Part shown: one piece after another, positions 21,348 through 32,218 of the stretch
Numbering within the stretch: the stretch's first letter is position 1
Layout: each line of letters begins with the position of its first letter
Assembly: GCA_963422375.2 (NCBI GenBank)
Contig: OY729427.2
Location: 832,001-896,000 of the forward strand
DNA from: Bryobacterales bacterium
Lineage (GTDB): Bacteria; Acidobacteriota; Terriglobia; Bryobacterales; UBA6623
Direction: 5' to 3'
Length of the DNA stretch: 64,000 nt
The notes under the pieces: model-generated
Told to the model about the DNA's origin: nothing
Seen by the model: only the letters and a program-made list of their open reading frames with translations
Database searches by the model: none
Translations under genes and position numbers: made by a program

Positions 21348-22382
21348 ATGATGACGAACGAACGCGCGCTCGACTGCTTCGCCAGCGACGACCTGATCGG
21401 AATCGGCATGGAAGCCGACGCGGTCCGGGAGAGCCTGCACCCCCATCGAATCGCGAGCTACATCATCGACCGCAACATCAACCACACCAACGAATGCACG
21501 GAGTACTGCAGCTTCTGCGCGTTCTATCGCCCCATGGGCCACGACGAGGGCTACGTGCTGCCCTTCGAGACGATCGCGCAGAAGATCCAGGAAACCGTGG
21601 ACTGCGGCGGCACGGGCGTGCTCATGCAGGGCGGCGTGAATCCGAACCTCGACATCGGCTACTTCGAGTCTCTCTTCAGCCGGCTCAAGCAGCGCTTCCC
21701 CGCGTTCCAGCTGCACTGCCTGTCGGCCCCGGAAATCCTCTCCGTCGCGGAAGCGAGCGGCCTGTCCATCCGCGACACGTTGCTGCGACTGCGCGACGCG
21801 GGCATGGACTCGATGCCGGGAGCGGGAGCGGAGATCCTCGACGACGAGGTCCGCTTCCGCATCGCGCGACTGAAATGCACCACGGACCAGTGGCTGGACG
21901 TGCATCGCACCGCCCACCGCATCGGAATGAACACCACCGCGACGATGATGTTCGGCTGCGGCGAGACCGTGGAGCACCGCGTGCAGCACTTGGAAAAGCT
22001 GCGCCAGCTGCAGGACGAGACGGGAGGTTTCACGGCCTTCATCCCGTGGCCTTTCCAGCCGGCTCACACCGCCCTAGGAAAAAGGGTCCCCGAGGAGGCG
22101 ACCGCCTGCGAGTTCCTGCGCACGCTGGCGATCTCGCGCATCTACCTGCACAACTTCCTCAACGTCCAGACCTCGTGGGTGACGCAGGGACTGAAGGTCT
22201 GCCAGCTGGGCCTGCGCTTCGGAGGCAACGATGTCGGGAGCGTGATGCTGGAGGAGAATGTGGTGCGCCAGGCGGGAGCGAGCCATTCCGCCACCGAAGA
22301 GGACCTCCGCCGGATGATCCGCGAGGCCGGCTTCGTGCCGAAGCAGCGCGACACGCTCTACCGGACGTACTTCCTGAACTGA
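21348..22382 (+). CDS. mqnC: Cyclic dehypoxanthine futalosine synthase (radical SAM)
   Basis: IDRNINHTNECTEYCSFCAFYR, PGAGAEIL, TATMMFG, FIPWPFQ, GSVMLEENVV, QRDTLY. Confidence 0.93.
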   Translation: MMTNERALDCFASDDLIGIGMEADAVRESLHPHRIASYIIDRNINHTNECTEYCSFCAFYRPMGHDEGYVLPFETIAQKIQETVDCGGTGVLMQGGVNPNLDIGYFESLFSRLKQRFPAFQLHCLSAPEILSVAEASGLSIRDTLLRLRDAGMDSMPGAGAEILDDEVRFRIARLKCTTDQWLDVHRTAHRIGMNTTATMMFGCGETVEHRVQHLEKLRQLQDETGGFTAFIPWPFQPAHTALGKRVPEEATACEFLRTLAISRIYLHNFLNVQTSWVTQGLKVCQLGLRFGGNDVGSVMLEENVVRQAGASHSATEEDLRRMIREAGFVPKQRDTLYRTYFLN

Positions 22383-22405
22383 CGGCGGCTCCGCCGGAAA
22401 CCGCC

Positions 22406-22762
22406 CTAGCGGGCGCGCTTGCCGGTGACGCGGACGGTGGCCTCGGTGTCGAGGTTGACGCGCTCGCCCTTGATGGAATTGCGGCCTACCTCCGCGGTCC
22501 ACTCGAATTCCACGCCCTTCTCGACGGTCGTGAACTCCAAGTCCCGGCCCAGGAGCAGTCCGTACTCCACCTCAACGGAGTCGCCGCCCGGCAGCCGGAC
22601 CGTACCGCGAACGTCGCCTTGGTCCTCGACGAAGTCGGCGCGGAACGTCTGCCCGCCCACCTTCAGCTCCCAAGCGCCGGCCAGCAGGGACTGCTTCTGC
22701 GCCAAGGCTGGCACCGCCGCCAGCGCAAGGGCCAGCGCCAAAAGGGCCGTTCGCGCGCGCAT
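22406..22762 (-). CDS. Small secreted hypothetical protein
   Basis: Signal peptide (ALA-Q), LAGAWEL, beta-rich. Confidence 0.7.
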   Translation of the reverse strand: MRARTALLALALALAAVPALAQKQSLLAGAWELKVGGQTFRADFVEDQGDVRGTVRLPGGDSVEVEYGLLLGRDLEFTTVEKGVEFEWTAEVGRNSIKGERVNLDTEATVRVTGKRAR

Positions 22763-22873
22763 GGGACTGCTCGCCTCCCATGATACGACCTCGCGGGCCC
22801 TGCCCGCGCCCGGCTTGCGCGCCGGGAGGGTGGCGGCGCTCCGGAAACTTGCGGGGCGCGCGCGCTACGGGGG

Positions 22874-24154
22874 ATGCTGGAATCAGGCGCAACACGTCTC
22901 CCGACCCTCTCGATGGTCACGCTCAAGCCAATCCCGCACGCTCTCGTGCCCGTCGGATCCGACGCGGCGCAGGCGCTCTCCAGCCCGAATTACGACGAGT
23001 TCCAAAGCGACCGCGAGATCGCCGATCTCATCCGGCGCCAGCCCGACAGCGTCCTGCGCATCACGATGCCGCACGCCTCGGCCGCCCGGGCGGACTCCGG
23101 GCCGGCCGAGGGCTCGCCCGCTGCCCTGGAGGCGGCGCACGCCCGCATGGCCGAGCTGCGCCTGAGCCCGCTGACCCGGGAGGTCGCCGACGCCATGTTC
23201 CTGTACGAGATCGCCGACCCGGGCCGGCCCGGCACCAGGCAACTCGGCCTCGGCGGGCTGGCCCCGGCCAAGGACATACTCACCGACGAGGCGCCCGGGG
23301 GCACCATCGTCAGGAATGAGGGAGTGCGGCCGAAGAAGGCGCGCGGGCGCGCTGACCTGATCCGCGCGACGAACGCGATCATCGGCACGGTCAACAACGC
23401 CGTCGAAGACGCCGACGGCCGCTTCGCCGCCGCGCTGGCGGCTCGGGCGGACCGCCGCGCACCGGACTTCGTCGCCAGCGCGGACGACGGGTGCAGGCAC
23501 CGCATCTGGCTGCTGCCTGAGAGCCGGGAACGCCGCGGCCTGGCCGCAGAGGTCGGCCGCGAGAGATTCGCGTACGTCGCGGACGGCAATCACCGCAGCG
23601 CCGCGGCCGCGATGGTGGGGCTGGACGGCTTCCTAGCGGTGGTGTTCCCTGCCGCCTCCATGGGCCTGGCACCCTACAACCGACTGGTCAGGGCGGACTC
23701 AGGTTCCGCGGACTGGTGGCGGTCCGCTCTGTCAGCTGCGTTCGAGGTGAGCCCCGCACCTGGGTCCGCGGCGTACCAGCCGACCGAGACCCACTCGATC
23801 GGGCTGTACTCCCAAGGCGCGTGGCTGCGCCTCCGCCCTAGGGCCGGGTCGTTCGACGCGGCCGACGCGGCGGCCTCGATCGACGCGGCGATCGTGCAGC
23901 GCCGGATCTTCGAAGGGGTCTGCGGCATCGCCGACGCGCGCGACGAGCGCCTGACGTTCGTGGGCGGCAACCGCGACGCCGCCTACCTCCGATCGCGGGT
24001 CGACTCGGGCGAGTTCGGCTTCGCGGTCACGCTGTCGCCGGTGACGATGCGACAGTTCATCGAAGTGTGCCGACAGAGGCGCATGATGCCGCCCAAATCG
24101 ACCTGGTTCTCGCCGAAAATCCGCAGCGGGCTCGTCATGGCGCTGCTGGACTGA
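22874..24154 (+). CDS. DUF1015 family protein; start may be 22913
   Basis: SPNYD, YVADGNHRSAAA, PYNRLV, MPPKSTWFSPKIRSGL. Confidence 0.88.
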   Translation: MLESGATRLPTLSMVTLKPIPHALVPVGSDAAQALSSPNYDEFQSDREIADLIRRQPDSVLRITMPHASAARADSGPAEGSPAALEAAHARMAELRLSPLTREVADAMFLYEIADPGRPGTRQLGLGGLAPAKDILTDEAPGGTIVRNEGVRPKKARGRADLIRATNAIIGTVNNAVEDADGRFAAALAARADRRAPDFVASADDGCRHRIWLLPESRERRGLAAEVGRERFAYVADGNHRSAAAAMVGLDGFLAVVFPAASMGLAPYNRLVRADSGSADWWRSALSAAFEVSPAPGSAAYQPTETHSIGLYSQGAWLRLRPRAGSFDAADAAASIDAAIVQRRIFEGVCGIADARDERLTFVGGNRDAAYLRSRVDSGEFGFAVTLSPVTMRQFIEVCRQRRMMPPKSTWFSPKIRSGLVMALLD

Positions 24155-24202
24155 CCGGGCAGACACGGGCTCCGGCCTGTGGCAGAATACCAGAACCGCG
24201 CC

Positions 24203-25837
24203 ATGAATCGCACCGCCTCGCTCCTCCTGCTGCTCGCACTCGCGTGGGCAGCCCCGGGCGCCAATAGGCCCGACCGCGTCGAGTGGTTCCGCGACCTCGG
24301 GCTCGGGCTATTCATCCACTGGAGCCTCGACAGCCAGCTCACGTCGGTGATCAGCCATTCGATGGTCGGCGCCGACGAGGCCTACCTAAGGCGCTACGTG
24401 GAGGAGCTCCCGCGCAGCTTCAACCCGCAGCAGTTCGACCCGCGGGAATGGGCCCGCGCGGCGAGGCTGGCCGGCTTCCGCTACGTGGTCTTCACGGCGA
24501 AGCACCATTCCGGATTCTGCATGTTCGCGACGTCGACGACCGACTTCAGCATCATGCACACCCCGTTCGCCCGGGACATCGCCAAGGAAATCGCCGACGC
24601 GTTCCGGGCGGAGGGCATCGCCGTGGGGTGGTACTTCTCGCCCGACGACTTCCATTTCCTGTACCGGCAAGGCACGCTGATCAGCCGCTTGCGACCCGAA
24701 GCGCTGCCTCCGAACAACTCGGGCCTGCTGCAGCTGAACCTCGCCCAAGAGCGGGAGCTGATGACGAATTACGGCCCCATCGACGTGGTGTTCTTCGACC
24801 CGCCGACCAACGCCGCGCTGCCGCGCGACGAAATCGTCGACCGGATGAAGCGGCTGATCTGGGAGATCTCTCCCGATACCGTGGTGACGCGAGGCGAGAT
24901 CGAGACTCCCGAGCAGTACACGCCCGGCGTACCGCTGGAAGGGGCCTGGGAAGGCAACATGACGATGGGCACCCAATGGCAGTACCGCGGCACGAACGAG
25001 CACTACAAGTCGGGCGGCGAGCTGATCGGCGCGTGGATCGAGACCCGCGCGAAAGGCGGGAATTTTCTGCTCAACATAGGGCCGAAGCCGAACGGAGAGC
25101 TTCCCGTCGAGCAGGACGCGCGGATGCGGGAGATGGCTCTCTGGCACATGGTGAACGCAGAGGCCGTGGGCGCGGTGCGGCCGTGGGTCATCACCAACGA
25201 GGGCGACATCTGGTTCACCAAGGCGAGGGTGGAGAACACGGTCTACGCCTTCGTGCCGGGCGCCGGATGGACCTGGGGCACGCAGAAGACGATCGTGCTG
25301 CAGTCCGTCACGGCGGGCGAGGGCACCGCGATCTCCGTTCTGGGCCAGAACGACAAGGTCCTCGAATATCGCACCGAGATCAGGCCCGAGACCGAATGGG
25401 AGCAGACCGCGGACGGGCTGCAGATCCGGGCCTACCGGGCCCAGCGACTGTACAACGACCGGCAGTGGCCGAATCCGGTCGTGCTCCGCATCGCGAACGC
25501 CTCGCCCGGTCTGAAGCCGCCGGTGGTCGAGACTCTTGCCGGCACCGAGTGGGGCCCTAAGGGCGCGCTGCTCGAAGGCGAGCTCCGGGAGACCGGGGAC
25601 GCCTCGTCCGTTCGGGTGGGATTCGAGTACCGGCGCAGGAAGGGCACCGCCGAGATGTACGAGCCCGACGACCCGTGGAAGCCCGTCGGACAGAGGCTGT
25701 CGTCGATGTCCGCCCCCGGGCGGTTCTCCGCGCTGCTGGGGCGGGCGGACCCGCGCCGTGCGTGGGAATACCGGGCCGTAGCGGAGCACCCGAAGGTCCG
25801 GCTGCACGGCCAAGCCCTGACCTTGGGTCCGAAATAG
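24203..25837 (+). CDS. Alpha-L-fucosidase (GH29) with C-terminal accessory domain
   Basis: WFRDLGLGLFIHW, FNP..FDP.EWA, FTAKHHSGFCMF, GWYFS, GGNFLLNIGP; signal peptide. Confidence 0.9.
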   Translation: MNRTASLLLLLALAWAAPGANRPDRVEWFRDLGLGLFIHWSLDSQLTSVISHSMVGADEAYLRRYVEELPRSFNPQQFDPREWARAARLAGFRYVVFTAKHHSGFCMFATSTTDFSIMHTPFARDIAKEIADAFRAEGIAVGWYFSPDDFHFLYRQGTLISRLRPEALPPNNSGLLQLNLAQERELMTNYGPIDVVFFDPPTNAALPRDEIVDRMKRLIWEISPDTVVTRGEIETPEQYTPGVPLEGAWEGNMTMGTQWQYRGTNEHYKSGGELIGAWIETRAKGGNFLLNIGPKPNGELPVEQDARMREMALWHMVNAEAVGAVRPWVITNEGDIWFTKARVENTVYAFVPGAGWTWGTQKTIVLQSVTAGEGTAISVLGQNDKVLEYRTEIRPETEWEQTADGLQIRAYRAQRLYNDRQWPNPVVLRIANASPGLKPPVVETLAGTEWGPKGALLEGELRETGDASSVRVGFEYRRRKGTAEMYEPDDPWKPVGQRLSSMSAPGRFSALLGRADPRRAWEYRAVAEHPKVRLHGQALTLGPK

Positions 25838-27460
25838 ATGCACGTCGAGCGGTCCGCGGGCGAAGCCGAGCGCCTGACGGCGCTGCAGCGAGCCCTGTTC
25901 CTCGCGGTTTGCGCCCAGGCGCTGCTCGGAGCTGCCGTGCTCGAGCTACCGGTAGGAGTGACCGCCGCCGGGAGTCCGATTCACGCGCTCGTCGAGGAGG
26001 GGGCCCTCGAACCCAGCGACCCGGGCCCCAGCGTGCTGCTAGTTGCGGGTCTGGACGGCAGAGACGAGTCCGTGGATCTCGCGGCAGCCCTCCTGCGGCC
26101 TCCTTCCGAACGGGGCTATCGCCTCTCCGCAGTGCTGAACGCGTTTCCGGACCGCGGGCCAGCTGCGGCCTTCCCGCCGCCGGGAGCGGCCTATAGCGGA
26201 GACGCCGTCGAGTCCCAGTACGTGTGGCGGTTCATCGGCATGCTCGCCCCGGACCTAGTCGTGGATCTGCGCACGGACGACGCCCCCAGCCGCCTCGAAC
26301 GCGCCCTGAGGGGCGGCGCCACGCCGGCCGGCACGGGGCGAATCCTCGCCGCGACGCTGCGCCTCGCGGGCCGGGACAAGAGCTTGGACCAGCTCCGGGC
26401 GGAGGCGTCCGCCCGACTAAGGACCTTGGCGACCGACCTGCCCGTGTCGCACGCCCGGCGCGAACTCCGCGCCCGCATCGAGCGCACCCCGATCAAGACG
26501 GCCGCCGCGCTCGAGCAGGCCTACGGGCACGCCCTCGACAGCGCCACCTACATCCCGGCGCTCGCGCTGGTCGGGCGGCTCCGCCTCGGCGACCTCACAG
26601 GGGAGAGCCGCCTGGCGGACGTCGAGCGGATCGTCCGCCCCTTTCTCGAAGGGAAGCCGTCGCTCGGGCCGCGCCCGTCCGGCAGCCACGTTTCCGGGCA
26701 CTTGCTGTTCGCCGAGCTGTACGAGCGCACCCGCACGCCCGAGTACCTAGGCCTCGCGCTATCCGCCGCGAGCCTCGGGTTCGACCGGGACGGCTCGCCG
26801 AAGCCCTCCATGCCGTTTCACAACGAGATGAGCGACTCGGTCTTCATGGGATGCGCGATCCTGGCACGAGCGGGCAGATTGACCGGTGAGCGCCGGTACT
26901 TCGGCATGGCGCTGCGGCACCTGCGTTTCATGCAGGTACTGGACCTGCGACCGGACGGCCTGTACCGGCACTCGCCCCTAGACCCGGCGGCGTGGGGCAG
27001 GGGGAACGGTTTCCCCGCTCTTGGACTGGCCCTCGCGCTGAGCGACTGGCCAGCCGAGCATCCGGGTTTCGCGGAGGTCAGGAACTCCTACGCGCGGCAC
27101 ATGCGGGCTTTGGCCCGCCACCAAGACCCAACCGGCGCGTGGCACCAAGTCGTCGACCGGCCGGAGAGCTATCGCGAGCTGACGGCTACCGCGATGATCG
27201 GCTTCGCGATCCTGCGCGGATTGCGGAAAGGATGGCTGCCACTCGAGGAATTCGAATCGGTCGCGGACCGGGCATGGCGGGCCGTGCAGGCCCGCGTCAA
27301 GTCCGACGCGACGCTGGTCGATGTATGCAGGAGCACGGGACGGCAAGACTCCCTGCGGGCCTACTTCGATCGCGAGGCCATCCTAGGACGGGACGACCGC
27401 GGCGGAGCGATGGCCCTGCTCGTTGCCACCGAACGGGCGCACTGGCTGCGCGAGCGCTAG
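25838..27460 (+). CDS. GH105/GH88 unsaturated glycuronyl hydrolase with N-terminal M14-peptidase-like domain
   Basis: SDSVFMG, DGLYRH, WGRGNGF, QDPTGAWHQVVD..SYRELTATAM; N-terminus has LLVAGLDG..ES, NAFPD, PDLVVDL. Confidence 0.82.
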   Translation: MHVERSAGEAERLTALQRALFLAVCAQALLGAAVLELPVGVTAAGSPIHALVEEGALEPSDPGPSVLLVAGLDGRDESVDLAAALLRPPSERGYRLSAVLNAFPDRGPAAAFPPPGAAYSGDAVESQYVWRFIGMLAPDLVVDLRTDDAPSRLERALRGGATPAGTGRILAATLRLAGRDKSLDQLRAEASARLRTLATDLPVSHARRELRARIERTPIKTAAALEQAYGHALDSATYIPALALVGRLRLGDLTGESRLADVERIVRPFLEGKPSLGPRPSGSHVSGHLLFAELYERTRTPEYLGLALSAASLGFDRDGSPKPSMPFHNEMSDSVFMGCAILARAGRLTGERRYFGMALRHLRFMQVLDLRPDGLYRHSPLDPAAWGRGNGFPALGLALALSDWPAEHPGFAEVRNSYARHMRALARHQDPTGAWHQVVDRPESYRELTATAMIGFAILRGLRKGWLPLEEFESVADRAWRAVQARVKSDATLVDVCRSTGRQDSLRAYFDREAILGRDDRGGAMALLVATERAHWLRER

Positions 27461-28164
27461 GCCCGCCCCGCCCGCATCCCCTAGCGAAGCGACCGGTCCA
27501 GTCGAGCCAAGGATGCGGGCGGGGCGATCAAGCCGATCGAATCGAACGGCCTAGAGTCTCATCCCAGAGCCCCGGCGCTCCGAACTGCGCTCGCTAGGCT
27601 AGGCCCGCCCGCGCGTCCGACCGGCGGAATCGCACGGCTCCGCGTGGCGAGAACCTCCGGTCGACCAGGTGCCTGGGCCGCCGACCGTTGCCGGTGGGGA
27701 TTGCAATCGCCCAAGAAGCAGCTCGACACCGTCGGCACCCGGGCCGGCCTAGGAGACTTCCGCGGCACCTCTAGGAGGCTCAAGCATAGCGGCACCAAGC
27801 CGACCAGCATCTGAAGGCATTGCGAAGCCTCTTCCAACACGGCATGGCAAGGGAAGGAGGCCCGAGGCCTCCGCTCACAGCGCCGCGAGTGTTACCCGGA
27901 CAAGCGCACCTCGGTAACGCGAATGCACCTGCGTGCTACGATGTACCAGCGAGATCGACGGCTCCCGCGGCCGCGCTCTAGACTGGTCGCGGAGGAGCGA
28001 GGTTCGCTGCTCCTGATCCGACGTGCCGTGCGACGGGGCCTCGGAGGCGCGGTTCCTTCTCTCGCGGAAGCGAATCACTCGACCGATGTGAGAGGCGTGC
28101 ATTTCGAAGCTCCCACTTGCGAATTGCACTCTCGTGGGTACGCGACAAAGGCAGGACCTCGGAC

Positions 28165-29217
28165 GTGAACCTCGGCGGCGAATCCAGACCCGCTGCGAGC
28201 GATAGCGACGGTCGACCGGGCTCGGGCACCGTGATTCCGGAATCGGCCTGCGACCTGTGCGGGGCTCGCGAAGCGGATCTGGTCGCCTCGGTCGACCGGG
28301 ACGGGTGTCCGCTTCGGTCTGTTATCTGTCGCAGATGCGGGTTGGTCTGGACCGATCCTGTTCCGGATGAGGAGGTCCTGCGGGAGTTCTACGAAGGCAC
28401 CTACCGCTGGGAGTACAAGGGCGTGAACAAGCCAACGCCAAGGCATATATACCGGGGCGGGCTGCTGGCAGCGGAACGCATCCGGCATATCCGCGAACTC
28501 GCGGAACCGGGATCAGTGATCGTCGACGTAGGGTCGGGGTGCGGCGAATTCGTCTACTTGCTTCGCCAGCTCGGCTTCGACGCACAGGGAGTTCAGCCAC
28601 CGGACGGGTACGCACGCTACTCCCGTGAAGAACTGGGGATTCCGGTACATATAGGATTCGCCAGGGATATCGGCCTGCCTCAATCATCTTGTCAGGTAGT
28701 GACACTATTCCACTCTCTGGAGCACATGAGCTTCCCTCCTCGCGTCTTGGAACACGTAAGGGATTGGTTGCGGCCACGGGGCTGGCTAGTAGTGGAGGTT
28801 CCTAATATCGAGGCTGTCTGCCATGCGCCGAGCCATCGCTTTCACAGGGCCCATCTCTTCGGATTCAACGTGGCCACGTTGCGGAGAATCGGCGAGAGGG
28901 CGGGATTCGAGGTTGACTCCGAGCACGAATCTGCGAGTGGGGAAAACATCTCCGTGATCTTTCGAAGGTCGGATGCCAACCGGTTACTGGCAGGGACGAT
29001 CCCCGGCAACTGCGAGAGAATCAAGCGGACAATTCGGGACCATACGCCGCTCCGTCACTACACCAGCATTCACCCGTACGTTCGGCCGCTCGCGAGGCTC
29101 GTTCGGACTACAAGGGAAAGGTCCGCAGTCAAGGCTATCGGCGGTGCGGGCAAGGACTTGCTCGACGCAATCCGCACTAGGAAACTGCAGAGTAGGCATC
29201 CGGCCTGCAGTCCGTAG
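28165..29217 (+). CDS. Class I SAM-dependent methyltransferase with N-terminal Cys cluster; start uncertain
   Basis: CDLCG..CRRCGLV..P, VDVGSGCG, FHSLEH, LVVEVPN. Confidence 0.88.
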   Translation: MNLGGESRPAASDSDGRPGSGTVIPESACDLCGAREADLVASVDRDGCPLRSVICRRCGLVWTDPVPDEEVLREFYEGTYRWEYKGVNKPTPRHIYRGGLLAAERIRHIRELAEPGSVIVDVGSGCGEFVYLLRQLGFDAQGVQPPDGYARYSREELGIPVHIGFARDIGLPQSSCQVVTLFHSLEHMSFPPRVLEHVRDWLRPRGWLVVEVPNIEAVCHAPSHRFHRAHLFGFNVATLRRIGERAGFEVDSEHESASGENISVIFRRSDANRLLAGTIPGNCERIKRTIRDHTPLRHYTSIHPYVRPLARLVRTTRERSAVKAIGGAGKDLLDAIRTRKLQSRHPACSP

Positions 29218-29335
29218 ACGAACTCCAGGGACAAGGGGCCGTTCACGGATTCCGCACTGCCGGCTCGAGTACGGACGCGAAGGGGCTCGGCCCATGGGAA
29301 TCCAGCCGCCGGGGCCGAGCCGTCCCTCCGGAGGC

Positions 29336-30349
29336 TCACCCAACCGAGGCGGGCGCCCCGCCCGCAAGCCGCGACCGGTTCATCGCCAGTGCCATGCGCA
29401 CGGACTCGGCCGAATCCTCGGGACGGCAGGCCGCGGGCGCCTCGCCGGACGCGCAGGCGTCCACGAACGCCTGGAGTTCCCCTGCGAATCCGTCGCCGTC
29501 CGGCAGCCCGACCTCGACCATCTCCCCGGACGCGGCGTGAAGCCGCAGCCCGGGCTTATCGGACCTGTAGTCGAGGGTCCCGCCGTCGCACAGAATGGTG
29601 AATTCCATCGAAAACGGGAAGCTCGCCGGGTGGTGCCAGCCTCCCGAGATCACTACGGGCACTCCGTCCCCGTAGTCCAGCAGCGCCTCGACGAAGTCGA
29701 TCCCTACATCGGGATCCTGCACGCCGACGGCGCGAATCTCGCTGGGCCGACCGAAGAGCTGCTGGCAGTAGTCGAAGTCGTGGATCAGCAGGTCGAACGC
29801 CCCTCCGCCGCTGCGACGGGGATCTTTGAGCCACCGGCCCCAAGCCGGGGCGGCGCAGCGGCGGCGGAACGTGGCGGCACGGACGTTGCCGAGCCGACCC
29901 GACCGAATCTCGGAGCGGGCCTGCACGTACTCGGGGAAGAACCGCAGGACTTGGGCAACCATCAGGACCCTGCCGACATCCCGGGCAGCGCTGACCATCT
30001 CGTCGCATTCCGCGCCGCTCAGAGCCATCGGCTTCTCGACGAGAACGTGCTTGCCGGCCGCCAGCGCGCGCAGGGCGAGCGGCTTGTGCAGGTCGGTCGG
30101 CGTGCAAATGTCGACGGCGTCGACGGCGCGGTCGTCGATCAGGTCCTCGGCTCGGGTGTAGCGCTGAGCAGCGCCGAAGTCCACCACGCCCCCGCCCCGG
30201 TCTAGGTTCCCGCCGACATCGCTCAGGTCGCCAGCCAGTTTCCTCGGACTCGAGCTCGACACGGCCGCCAGTTCGAAGCCGCTGACGTTCCGGTATGCCT
30301 CCAGGTGCGTGCTGCCCATGAAGCCGAGGCCGATCAGTCCGATTCGCAT
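29336..30349 (-). CDS. Gfo/Idh/MocA oxidoreductase
   Basis: GLIGLGFMG, ICTPTDLH, GKHVLVEKP, DLLIHDFD. Confidence 0.93.
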   Translation of the reverse strand: MRIGLIGLGFMGSTHLEAYRNVSGFELAAVSSSSPRKLAGDLSDVGGNLDRGGGVVDFGAAQRYTRAEDLIDDRAVDAVDICTPTDLHKPLALRALAAGKHVLVEKPMALSGAECDEMVSAARDVGRVLMVAQVLRFFPEYVQARSEIRSGRLGNVRAATFRRRCAAPAWGRWLKDPRRSGGGAFDLLIHDFDYCQQLFGRPSEIRAVGVQDPDVGIDFVEALLDYGDGVPVVISGGWHHPASFPFSMEFTILCDGGTLDYRSDKPGLRLHAASGEMVEVGLPDGDGFAGELQAFVDACASGEAPAACRPEDSAESVRMALAMNRSRLAGGAPASVG

Positions 30350-30414
30350 CGCGCCAGTCCTTGCCTTACTCTACTCCGGGCTGGGACCGCCCCCCGAGGC
30401 GCGGTTCGCTCCCC

Positions 30415-31365
30415 TCAGCGACGACTCCAAACGAACGAGGGAAAGGATGCAACGGCCCGGAACCCGCAGCGTTCGTAGAACCTAACGGCCGCGGAATTCG
30501 ACGACGTAACGACCAAGGAGACACAGTCGCAGCCGGCATCGGCGAGGGCGCTCATCGACCGTCGCAGCAACTCACGGCCAATTCCGCGCCTTCGATCCGG
30601 AGGCGCGACGCAAAGGTGGATGACATGGCCGACGCGCGCGCTCAGGAGTGTGGCGAGGCACATCCCGACGAGCGCGTCCTCGTCCGGCACAGAAGCCACG
30701 AACCCGGCCGCAGGAAGGAATTCGCCGCAGGAGGACTCGCGGATGATCTCAACCAAGCAGCGCCGCGGACCGAGAGCGCTTCCCAGCCGCTCTTCGATCT
30801 CGGCGTCCACATGCCCTCGGAAGCTGGATCCGACTAGATCCGAGGCGGGCTGCATGAAGGAGTCCGACCACCGAGAGAAGCGCACCGGATGGAATTCCGT
30901 GCCTCCCGGACTCAGATCGCGCAGGCCGCTCGCATGCATCAGCACCCTGGGGAAGACCTTCAGCCTCCCTCTGCGGTCGGCCCTGACGCTCGGGAACCGG
31001 TCCAAGCAAGGCAAGTGGCCCTCCACCCGCTCGACTTCTTGACCAGAGCAGGCCGAGTTCAGCGTGCCTTCAACGAGACCTCGCAGCACGCGCCTCGGGT
31101 TTCCGGGTGCGACGAACAGATCGCCGACGACGGCCCTGCGGCCCTCCGCGGCGAAGCGGCTGTATCCTACGGCGCGGCCGAAGCGGACCGCCGCGAGACC
31201 GGTCAGCGCGCCCCGGTCCAACATGCGACGAACCGACTCGAGTCCCGGCCGACAGTCCCAACTGAAGCGCTCCTGCCAGAATTTCGCCTGGTTGGCCAAG
31301 AGGCCTTCCAAGTCGCGACTGCGGAGCGCTCTGATGTCGACGAAGCTCGTGTTCGACCAATGCAC
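30415..31365 (-). CDS. Tandem GNAT N-acetyltransferase; start uncertain
   Basis: LCVAP..RRRGIGRELL and N..AVRFYERCGF acetyl-CoA motifs. Confidence 0.8.
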   Translation of the reverse strand: MHWSNTSFVDIRALRSRDLEGLLANQAKFWQERFSWDCRPGLESVRRMLDRGALTGLAAVRFGRAVGYSRFAAEGRRAVVGDLFVAPGNPRRVLRGLVEGTLNSACSGQEVERVEGHLPCLDRFPSVRADRRGRLKVFPRVLMHASGLRDLSPGGTEFHPVRFSRWSDSFMQPASDLVGSSFRGHVDAEIEERLGSALGPRRCLVEIIRESSCGEFLPAAGFVASVPDEDALVGMCLATLLSARVGHVIHLCVAPPDRRRGIGRELLRRSMSALADAGCDCVSLVVTSSNSAAVRFYERCGFRAVASFPSFVWSRR

Positions 31366-32218
31366 GACGCGTCGGGGCCTGTGCGATGTCCACAGCTTAA
31401 CGCATTCAAGCGCTGCCCGCACGGGCGGGACAGCCGGTTCTGGCCGGCAAGGCAGATCCGGGGGCCCGGCGCCGCACGCAGCTCGCGCATACGCGCAGCG
31501 CTTGAATCGGCTCCGAGCGCCAACTGCGCTGCGCCTCCCCGCAGAAAGCAGAAGTTCGCAACCTAGGAGAAGACCGATCCCAACGTCACAAATCATTCTC
31601 TCGATTAATTCAATCGAATGACAAGATTCCATCTAATCTAGTTCGAATCCCATACAATCAATCGCCAAGTCAATTGAGATCAAATTCAAGAATCCTGCAT
31701 ATCTATCGATGGACCATCAGGTACTCCATTCTTAGACCTCATGTATCCATCCAGTTCTTCCCCAGCGTTCTCAATGTTTCTCTGCAGGATCGACATCGCA
31801 TACCCTCCGCTCAGGAAGAGAAATGTATCGTTGGCATATTGCCGATCAAGATTGTTGCGGAAAGGGAGCTTGATAAATATACGCTCCCAAGAGCTCGCGG
31901 ACTCATGTAGACGACCCGTGTATCTTCCTGCGTCGCTTCCATCGGCCTGTGCCTTGAGAATCTTGCAATATTTCCGGATTGAGCAGGAATTCAATGCTCC
32001 TCGGCGCACTCCTAGCTGCCCCAAGACATTCTTGGCCGTCTGTTCGATAGTGGTACTACGTCTTGTTCTTCAAAGCCTCGCATACGCTAGACTATAGGAC
32101 GAAGCAGACGCTCGATAGAGGTGAAATTTAAGTCAAATCTAACGCAGTGCTATCATCCTAGTTCGATTCGCGACAATCTCTGAATTGACACAAAGATCAA
32201 GGTGTTGGATTCATGTTT

